Source: Eukaryota sp. TZLM1-RC (lineage: Eukaryota; Protista; Metamonada: BaSk clade). From it: a stretch of DNA of 64,000 nt. The stretch lies in the NCBI GenBank assembly GCA_040285825.1, contig JAUPSS010000009.1, positions 372,001 to 436,000 of the forward strand. The letters are read 5' to 3'. Below are positions 22,046 to 31,336 of the stretch, one piece after another (the first letter of the stretch is position 1; every line of letters starts with the position of its first letter). Both the position numbers and the translations under genes were made by a program. The notes beneath the pieces were generated by a model that saw only the letters and a list, made by a program, of their open reading frames with translations, was not told the DNA's origin and made no database searches.

Positions 22046-23734
22046 TCAACCTAATTGTAATTAATGAATTGGATTGTATTGGTTCTTCATGTTTTTTTAT
22101 TTTTTTTTCTTCAGCGTTGGATAATAGAGACTCATTGGAATGCACCAAACGAATGGCAGAATTTTAGCAGACATGCTTTTTGAGTTGCTGTTGTTTTTCT
22201 GAAAAAGTTGAAATGGAAAATCTTCTATTAATTTACATACTGTATAATTTTTGAAAAAATGTCTAATTTGTCGTAAGAGATATAGGAAAACAGAATATCA
22301 AACTAAAATGTGATAAAATAATGTCCAAAAAGGCTTGTTGAAAAAGTTGTTAATATGCATTACCTTGTACAGCGGAGTGGTAATGATGGACAATCAATAA
22401 CAATATCTGTGTCATTGATGAGATGCTGACTAGTATGTTTGGAACATAAATTCATTTTAAAAAAAGAAAATTTATACCTAAACTATGCTTACGTAAACTA
22501 CAAAGCACTATATGACATTGCGAGGACTCAATTCCATCATCAACTATTTTGACAGAGTCTAAAAGAAGAGGAAAGTTGGATTGTGAAGGAGCAGACGATG
22601 GAGAGGAATGGTTAAACAGGAAGAGAGTGGTGGAATTTAGGACGAGTCCAACAATTGTTTTAAGGGAACAACTGCAGGTATAAGGTAAAAATAAATCAAA
22701 GATGAGTAGAAAAACAAGTAGAAAGAGTGCAAGGGGAGTCCTAAAGCTCGGAAAAGAAGGTAAGTGAGGGAAATGAGAACCTAGTTGATGACTTAAGGGG
22801 AAAGTGTCGGAATAGTGAAAACCTCCCAGAACAAGCAACCAAAAGTCGAGAATGGGGTGACAAGTGTAAAATTTGAAAGATGGGCTCTTTATCCTTACTA
22901 CATGTCAGACACCCCCTCTGAGTTACGTGTATTCACTATGTCATGTGCTCTTAACTCGCTACTGACTTTTGCTGCAGTTAAACAAATTCGGGCTGACCTT
23001 CCGTTGTTCACCGAGATTTGTCATGAAGCTTCTTGATGTTATTTTATTAATAGAAAAGGACTTTCTCCTTACCTTGCTTGTCGGGCTCGTCAATTGGCAT
23101 CTAATGTTAAGACAAGTTTACCCAAAATTTGTCAATCCTGGCAAAAAATTTCATTCGTGCTCATTGTAGAGCCCTGGATAAGACGACAGTCTTTGCCAAT
23201 TATCTTCCCTCTTATGTACCAGATAAACTCCTTAGCACCTCTAGAAACTAATGCAATAACAGAAGATGAGCAATTCGAAGAAGTAGTTATTCTTTCTATT
23301 CTCGAACCCTATAACAATTTCCATTTTAATGATCAAGAGAAAGATTCTTTTTATTAAATACCTGTAATTTTATCTTGAATCTTTTTCAAATATTTCCTGC
23401 CACTGCTTCTCTTTCTGTCTTCAAATGATAAAATCACCTTTCCATCAAAGGAAATTGGTCAACTTTTTCTCTTTAATCTTAATATTCCACAATACCTACT
23501 CACGTTTTATTCTCATATGCATTGCTGAAAGAAATTTAGAATAATACCTTTAGCTTCTCATAAAGGTTGTAAATATCTTAAGGTTCCTTCACATGTCTTC
23601 CACTCTGTGAAAAAACAAAACATATTGAAGGATCATCTTCCAAAACAAAGTTCATCAAAAATACATGTGTAAAACCAATATTTAAACAATGCTCTTATCA
23701 AGAAATTAATATCAACAGAAAAAGTTTGAAAAAT

Positions 23735-24185
23735 AAGTTTTATTTATTTGCACACTTAATTAAATTAACTCATAACTAACGGGACGACTATCATTGAACC
23801 AAGCTTTCCTCTACAAAATCTTGATCTGCTTGTTGTCTAGCTAAAGCTTCTCTTATTCGATGGAAAAACCGTGGTAATCTATTAATAATGGCAAATTGAA
23901 TCCGTGAACGCCATAAAAATATATCAAATCTTTTCATTGTTTTTCTATTCTATTCTTATATAATATATATTATTCTATATATTCGATATATTCTATATAT
24001 TATTCTTATATATTTTTCTAATATATTCTTTTTCTATTCTTGCAATTTGTGTCATATTGAAAACAGTGTCTCTAACAGTATCATGTAATGAAGAACGATA
24101 AGTTATTAAATTAGAGCAATTTAGAGCATGACGCAAAGTGAGTTGAGGTGAATTCGAACAAATACATTTTTTTTGATAATTATTG
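23735..24185 (-). mobile_element. Subfamily-A 3' copy with an internal deletion replaced by AT-rich filler
   Basis: Matches 10760-10950 and 11310-11430; 23945-24040 is low-complexity TATTCT/TATATA. Confidence 0.82.
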
Positions 24186-24189
24186 ATTA

Positions 24190-24560
24190 AAATAATTGAA
24201 AAATAGATTTAAAAATTTTTTATTGAAAACTAATGGTAATGAACTGCTTTTAACATTTCAAAGTAAAATTAATGACTCAGAAAACACAGATGAGCTGGAT
24301 GAACCACCGGAAAAGAAACGAAGATTAAAAAAAAGAAATGAAAAAGTGACCCTGATGCCACCAAAACCAGAGAAATACAGTTGAAGGGTACTCATAAATT
24401 TCCCGTCAAAATTACACCTGAAGCGCGTCTTATTGGCGTTGATCTGTGCCAATCAAGATTATGTGGTTACGTCTTAAATAATAATCAATGAGGAGTTATC
24501 CCTTATCCAAATGGCAACAGATACATGACGAAACCTTCACCCAGTAAACACATTCTTGTG
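24190..24560 (+). pseudogene. Fanzor1-like relic: WED motif, charged linker and RuvC-I
   Basis: RFKNFLLKTNGNELLLTF (F..I.TDG..+.F-like), then KKRRLKKRNEK. After one frameshift it reads EARLIGVDLCQSRL (D at 24441-24443), then SYPLSKWQQIHDET. Confidence 0.6.
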
Positions 24561-24609
24561 CACTTGGTTCTATTCACGTATTATCATTTTTAAATAATTA
24601 TCCAGGTTT

Positions 24610-26000
24610 CGAAGTTAGAAGTTACTTAGATGATACTTATATTTTTTGTCAAAAAGAAGTCAATATTGAATTGTTAGTAAATGAATTAGAATTAATTTTC
24701 AAGCAAATTGGTTTGAAATTAAATTTGACAAAAACCGAAGTGTTTTCAGTTGAAGATGATTTCATGTGTTTGGGATCTCCAATAGGTTCTACTGAGTTTG
24801 AATCCTCTTTTATAATTCAAAAAGTTCAAAATGAATTGATTCCCAGTGTATTTTTATTAAAATCATTACCACTACAAAGTCAATTTTTCATAGTTAGACA
24901 CTGCGTTAATTCAATTTTGATGTACTGGGCCCGAACAGTTCCCTATGAATCCACCAGAATGGGTTTTCATCTTTGGGTTTCAGAATTTGTTGCTTATTTC
25001 AACTTAATAGGATTGGAACAATCAAATAATTTTGATTCAATTAATTTGCCTCACTCTTTGGGTGGATTAGGGTTTTTCCATCTAACGCCAAGTTGCACAT
25101 ATTTGCTATTCAGTTTCTGTATACTTGGCTGTACGTGATCTTGATTTAACAAGTTTAATTCCAAGTGATCAGTATAGGGTTTTACTATCAGCCTTATCAC
25201 CTTCTTTTGCTGGTTTTGACTCAATCTGGGACAGACGAATTAAAATTTGCCAACGTCAAATCACTCATTTATTTTATAAGGAAAAATTATCAGAATGTGA
25301 ACGACTGCTATTTATTTCAAATTGTGACAGTCAATCATCTTGTATTTTGACAATTTTGCCTATTTCTCCAAATTTCACGTTCTCACATGATTGCTTTAAA
25401 TACCTAATAAATCTGAGATTGCTTCAAGGAGAACAATTTGTGATATGTCCTTTGTGTGGTTATGGAGACCTAGGCTTGGATCACTTGTTTCAATGTAGAA
25501 AAATCTCGAGAATGGTTACACAAAGACATGACGAAGTAAATAATTTTATTAACGAATTAAATGATTTTGAATCTGAAAAGGAATTTAAATTTGGTTTAAA
25601 TAAGCAGTTACGTGTTGATGGCTTTCAAACGTCAACTAAAATTGCTGTTGATGTTACCATAGTTGGAGGTTATGGTAATAATTGGAATGATGCTTTTTCG
25701 AAAGCTTATTCTGATAAAATTGCAAAGTATTCAATTTTAAAAGAATTAAATTTAATTAACCAAATTGTTCCTCTCGTTTTTAGTGTTCATGGGGGTTCTT
25801 ACACCAAAACAAAGATACTGTTTGACCAATTTGGATGGAATGAGGTAGCAGATGAAATAAGTTGTATCATTTTGAAGAATAGCTTTAAATGCCACTGTGC
25901 TTTTAATTATATTCTTCAAATGAAAAGAGAAGATCGTCAATGTTGGTAGGTAGTTTTTTTAGTGTTCAAGTAGTTTCTTCTTAATCCTCAATAAAAGTAA
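24610..26000 (+). mobile_element. Distinct CRE-like non-LTR lineage G (RT from YLDD through RLE), frameshifted
   Basis: SYLDDTYI, IGLKLNLTKT, CLGSPIG, LGGLG, CPLC...HLFQC, RHDEV, RVDG, VDVT, KIAKY, PLVFSVHG; AATAAA at ~25990. Confidence 0.88.
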
Positions 26001-26446
26001 ACACTTCTCCAACCAATATTCCGTTCAAAATTTAAACCAATATTTGAACCATTGGAATTTGGTCAGGAGGAAAGTGTACTGTGAAAGCTCTGTTGAGAAG
26101 CTGAATGGGGAACCTTAATGAACAGAAACTAACACTTTTGAAAAACTTTTATTGTATTTTTACTGTTCTTAAAAACTTTTGATACCTATCCATAAATGCC
26201 TTAGTAGCATTTGGTAGATCCACTTAGATACATCAAGTCGCGAGGCTTTGTTCTGTTAATCCAGTAGGTGTATTTAAGTGAGGTAGCCCATTGATGAAGA
26301 TCATGATCGTCTTTGTCAAATGACACTATATGTTCTTACAGCCTGTGAATAGACATTGAGAAAGTTGAAAACAGGAGTGAATTTCATATGGGAATGCATG
26401 ATAACAATAGTATTTATCTTCTATCCAGCAGTACCTCATCATTATA

Positions 26447-27862
26447 ATGCACAATAACATCTCTCATCAGCAGAATCATCTTCTTGATGACCTGGAGACA
26501 CTTTCTGCAGAGGAACAGTCTATATTTCTTGAGACTTTAGAGCTCTGCGAGTTTCACCTCTCCAAAGAGGTTTTAAATCTTCAACAGACAAGGGAAACAA
26601 ACTCAGATGTCAGTCCTCTCCCGAGTGAACTTTCTACCAATCTATCCTTGATGAATGTAATTGAAAAGGAAAGACTCCATAAACTGGGTCTTTCTGAAAT
26701 TAACAAGGGACACGTTGCTGTCGTAATAATGGCTGGTGGTATGGGTACTAGACTTGGATTTGAACATCCAAAGGGCATGTATTCAATTGGATTACCTTCT
26801 AACAAATCACTATTTCAGCTTCACTCCGAGAAGGTACTGGCCCTGAGCCGGTTAGTTGGGTCTGTTGGATGTCTTCCTTTGTGTATCATGACATCCCCTT
26901 TGAATCACACTGAGACTGTGAACTACTTCAAGCAACATTCCTACTTTGGACTTCCTGCTGAATCTGTTCACTTTTTCCAACAAGGGACGTTTCCTTGCTT
27001 CGATTCCAGTGGTAATGTCATTTTGGAGAGCCCTGGTGTTATCAGTCGTTCTCCTGACGGCAATGGGGGAATTTTTGCAGCTTTAGACAAAAGTGGTCTT
27101 TTACGAACCTTGACTGATCAGAATGTCTGCTCGTACTTTGTAATGAGTGTAGACAATGCTCTTGCCTTGCCTGCCGAACCTCATTTCATAGGGTACTGTG
27201 TGGAGGGGAAGAAGAAGGTTGCCAATCTATGCATTGAGAAGGTTGATCCAAATGAGTCTGTTGGCGTGGTCGGCCTTCGAGATGGACTGCCTCATGTAAT
27301 AGAGTATTCAGAACTTGACGACAGTCAACGGCACTCTACTTCTGATGATGGACATCTCTCATTCAACTGTGCCAATGTAGCTATGCATTACTTTCATGTG
27401 GATGTTATTTCATCAGTGCTTTCTGGAAAGTTTTCAATGCCTCTACACCTTGCTCATAAGAAGATTCCTTACTGGGATAGTAGCTCTAAAAGGACCGTAA
27501 AACCCACCGTCCCAAATGGATTCAAGCTTGAAACCTTTATATTTGACGCTTTTAGGGCAGTGGATTCAATTACTGAATTTGGATGCCTTGTTCATTCCCG
27601 AGCTGAAATTTTTGCCCCAGTCAAGAACCCTGCAGTGGAGGGTCAGTCTGATTCAGCCATAACTGCCAGGAGAATGATACTTGATTTACATGCTCAATGG
27701 GTCAAATCTTGTTGTGAGACAAATGTTGATACTTCAGGTTGCTGTATTGAAGTTTCTCCATTGGTTTCTTTATTTGGTGATGTACCCATGTTACCAATTT
27801 CCGGAGATGGTACGTATGTGATTGAAAATGTAGATAATCAAATAGTTATAAACAAGTGTTAG
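26447..27862 (+). CDS. UAP1: UDP-N-acetylglucosamine pyrophosphorylase
   Basis: MAGGMGTRLGFEHPKG, SPDGNGG, SVDN, EYSE, KLETFIFD, FAPVKN. Confidence 0.95.
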   Translation: MHNNISHQQNHLLDDLETLSAEEQSIFLETLELCEFHLSKEVLNLQQTRETNSDVSPLPSELSTNLSLMNVIEKERLHKLGLSEINKGHVAVVIMAGGMGTRLGFEHPKGMYSIGLPSNKSLFQLHSEKVLALSRLVGSVGCLPLCIMTSPLNHTETVNYFKQHSYFGLPAESVHFFQQGTFPCFDSSGNVILESPGVISRSPDGNGGIFAALDKSGLLRTLTDQNVCSYFVMSVDNALALPAEPHFIGYCVEGKKKVANLCIEKVDPNESVGVVGLRDGLPHVIEYSELDDSQRHSTSDDGHLSFNCANVAMHYFHVDVISSVLSGKFSMPLHLAHKKIPYWDSSSKRTVKPTVPNGFKLETFIFDAFRAVDSITEFGCLVHSRAEIFAPVKNPAVEGQSDSAITARRMILDLHAQWVKSCCETNVDTSGCCIEVSPLVSLFGDVPMLPISGDGTYVIENVDNQIVINKC

Positions 27863-28034
27863 AGCAACTCTTTCTTTTGAATTTTTTGATTTTTTTACAT
27901 CAACCACATTTATTACATTACAATGTAATTTTTTATTTTTTTTATTACATTTACATTTCTTTAAATGAGTGACATGGACAAAATCCTTAAATATCCATTT
28001 TATTTTGATTGGAGATTAACTATACAGACCAACT

Positions 28035-29745
28035 TCAAGGTTGTTCCAAATGAGAAAGAGACCTCAACCTGCTTGTGTCCATGAATCTTTGTCTTGGAGA
28101 ACCAGGAAGATGCAAAACTTCGTTTGCATCCTCATCTTCCAGTATTCCGTGCTCTCCTCGTCTAGACACCATATGTTCCAAGCCAATTCCAGCACAATCA
28201 TCAGTATGAACCCCAATAAAATTTTCTTCAATTGCAAGCTCTGTTTCATGAACAAACTTAATAGGGTCAAACTTTCGTGGGAATTTACCAGATTCGAGTT
28301 GAGAAATAGATCTCTTTCGTCGTTTTTCAATGCCAACATTCGAATCAAGCGCTTCATCTGCAGTGTGACATACTCCATAGATTGGTCTTTCAGTTCTATC
28401 TGGATTGAAGAACAAACCAAAGGCCGAGAGCATTGAACTCATTGCAGTTGGCCCCCCGTCCAGACAGTATCGATTGTTCAACCTCCAGCACATGCCAAGA
28501 GCCTCTTCAGGGGTGCTAAAGAATTCAAGCTAGAGTGAAATGCAAAGTGTAAACAAACCATTTTTCTTGCCCAATAAGTTCTCAAACATGGAGAAAGAAA
28601 TCCTGAAGACATAAAAAGCCTATGTGTCATGTTCCAAACATCATCGGGTGTCCTACCCGCCTCAACGAGAGCAGGATTGGTCTCTAATGGACGAGAGTCT
28701 CCTGCGTGGTCAATGAGAGTTTCCCTACTCCATTCAGGGAGGGCCTGTAACAGGGCAGTTCCTACATCATAGATAGCAGCATTATAAGGAAGATTCAACA
28801 TTCTGCGGTAATGTTCTTGATTATGGTACAAAAAATTGAACTGAAGCTCCCTAAAGACATAGACAGATTCGATGAACTTTTTGAGTCCAACAGCCGCTTC
28901 ACTCCTTGCAGGTTCGGAAAGTTGGGCTACATATGTTTGAGCAGCCAAAACGACTTCTGAAGGGGAAATCTGTCCTTCTGCTAGCCATGGAGATAAACGA
29001 GACGTTTTTCCGGAGTTGGGAGTAGCCAGAGCGTCAGGATAATGAGCTAATTCTTCAAGAAAATAGTGCAAGCGAACCCTCGCTGAGCTCAGACCACCTT
29101 GCCATCCATTTGCGGGAGGCACGCCAACATCGAGGGCAAATCTAGGAATGAGTGTATGGTCCGTTGGATCTAGCTTCTCGATGGGAGGAAAAGGAGCCAT
29201 TTTTTTGGAGTTAACGAATGATAATCCTTCAGACGGATCTTCTGACAAAGAGAGATATGTAGATAGAACAGCATTGGCTCTGGGCAAGAATGCAGTGTAA
29301 GTTTGTGTGTTGACAATTCTTTGAGGAGGAACGATAGTACTCGTACTAATAACTCTGGCCCTAGGCCCAAAGCGTGAAAATACAGCTGTATCAAACCTAA
29401 AGTTAATGTTTACAAGGTAAGTTCAAACCCAAGTTCTTCAGGTAAATACGAAGAATCCAAAAAAACTTCAGCAGCCTTGTCAGTATAGAAGTTGAGCACA
29501 GGAACTACTTGGCTTGATGAGAATAGTGCTACACTACAGTCTCTTTCTACACATCCATCAATCATTTCTCTTACCCCTTCCAGTAGAAACGCGAGCTTCC
29601 TGGCGGATAGATGTTCAGGTAAGAATATTAATACGCAGAGAGGTAAGTTGAAGGAGTTTGCTGACTGAATTGCTTCAATGAGAGCATCATTATTTTCTGC
29701 CCTGATGGCAGACCTTGCAATATACAATACAGTTGAGAACGCCAT
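28035..29745 (-). CDS. Divergent class II CPD photolyase-like protein, 3 exons (~549 aa); introns 29397-29428 and 28530-28558
   Basis: RAENNDAL, SRLSPWL..GQIS, FIE...FREL..NF, LPEWSRETL..HA.D.R, DVWN, RTYWARKM|LEFFSTPEEAL...LNNRYCLDG. Removing two GT-AG introns joins the ORF pieces in frame. Confidence 0.85.
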
Positions 29746-29985
29746 TGTTTCTGAGATAAAGTATTGAAGGATACTAATGTTTTGCAGAATATTATCAAAT
29801 CAAAGGATATCTTTCTCAAAGAAGCCCTCAACACAAAACCAGGCGGTTGTGTGAGCAGAAAACCTAGATGACATCAACAGAAACGATAAACAATTTGAAA
29901 AGAATTCAAATATTGACTTCCAAACTCATTCAATGATTGGACAAAGTGCTTGAAATGGAGATAAACAAATACAACAAATAGATAT

Positions 29986-30591
29986 CTATGAACCTGGCAA
30001 TTCTATGCTATTAGTAATCAACCATGATTCTTTATTCAATTGACTTGGATCAAACTCGGTCTCCACTGATGAAATTGAAACAACAGTGGCATTCTTCTTG
30101 AAAACAAAGTTAACATTTCTAGGGTACAGATGTGGCAATAACGATCCTTCATTAGTGATTGATATAAATAATCTCGATCTTCTTGCCTTTGACGTAGAAA
30201 GTGACGAAGAAATGAGAAAAGAACTTATTTGTCTTAAAGTTTTGCTGAAAGGAGTTAGAACAGAAACGTCATCGGAGTTTGAAAGGTGGATAATAACAGC
30301 AGATCTGATCATGGATGGAGAAGAGCCTCGAGCAAAGATAATATATTTGGGTTTTAATGTAGAGATTGCACACAAAATGTCGGACAAAGAATCCAAAGAA
30401 TCATTGAATCTGTTGAATCTACGTTTTTTTGCAGGGGGCAGATCTGATAAGCTTAACTTATCAAGAGAGAGTGATGGTACCTGTTGTTGAAGATAGAGAA
30501 ATGTAGATAGTACTCGAACAAGAAGGGTACAATAGTGATCAGAGCAAGAGAGTGTTGTGTTGGCATCAATGACTACATGTTCAGCAAGCAT
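29986..30591 (-). CDS. p31comet/MAD2L1BP-like HORMA protein
   Basis: YCTLLVRVLSTFLYLQQQVPS resembles the p31comet LY..QQ+P motif; first ATG at 30591. Confidence 0.55.
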   Translation of the reverse strand: MLAEHVVIDANTTLSCSDHYCTLLVRVLSTFLYLQQQVPSLSLDKLSLSDLPPAKKRRFNRFNDSLDSLSDILCAISTLKPKYIIFARGSSPSMIRSAVIIHLSNSDDVSVLTPFSKTLRQISSFLISSSLSTSKARRSRLFISITNEGSLLPHLYPRNVNFVFKKNATVVSISSVETEFDPSQLNKESWLITNSIELPGS

Positions 30592-30683
30592 ATGTGTATC
30601 GATTCTAACCAATTGTTAGGAAATTACACGTTGAAACAATTGTAACAGATCAAACTCAGAACTATTTGAACGAAATTCACCTA

Positions 30684-31250
30684 CACCAGCGGCAGTAATT
30701 GGTCTCACTCAGACTAATTTTGTACTGAATTGTTTGTGCTTTCCGGACAATATTAGTCTCACTCAGACTAATTTTTGCAGTGAGTCTAATTTTGTCTCGA
30801 CCTTATTTCTGTTGACCACCAGACAAACAACATCTTTATCAATAAAAAACACTCAATCTATTCTAAAGTATAACATTCATCCTCTTTTTCATCCATCAGC
30901 TCAGTAATCTCCTGATGGGGTATGAAAACTTCGGTTTCTTGAATTTCCTCCACTGAATCATCATCGAATCCCTGTACTTCTGGAGGTATCTACTTCTGCA
31001 GAAGGAGGTGTAGTGTGGGCCGTTCTAGAGCGTTGAGCCCGTGCAAAAGATTGTACGAGAGGAGAACCAGAGAAAATACCGTTCATTAGTAAGAGAAAAT
31101 GTTGAAGCAAAAAATGATTGGTACAAAGTTTTATAAGTTTTTTTAAAAAAAGTACTGGAAAAATGTTTAAGAAACTCAGGACAAAGTTAGTCTCACAAAC
31201 ACGATTCACTCGGACTAATTTTTCAGTGAGACTAATTACTGCCAACAGTG
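30684..31250. mobile_element. 567-bp non-autonomous TIR DNA transposon (CAC.. termini, TA flanks, subterminal repeats)
   Basis: Left end TA|CACCAGCGGCAGTAATTGGTCTCACT versus right end (reverse complement) TA|CACTGTTGGCAGTAATTAGTCTCACT; repeated AGTCTCACTCAGACTAATT units. Confidence 0.85.
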
Positions 31251-31336
31251 TAGATTTCCTCTACAAAATCCAGATACAACATTAATACAGCGGCAGATTC
31301 AAGCTGGTATTGGAGTCAATTGTTACAAAACCAATA

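Noticed and set aside
22395-22445. NNICVIDEMLTSMF (+), resembling the Fanzor DE..TS motif
   Set aside because: No following CxxC or other supporting motif; too short to call.
22513-22907. Purine-rich 395-bp segment bounded by TGACAT...ATGTCA (possible LTR or MITE), followed by a possible gag/integrase ghost to ~23630
   Set aside because: No TSD, no second copy in the window, and the motifs are too decayed.
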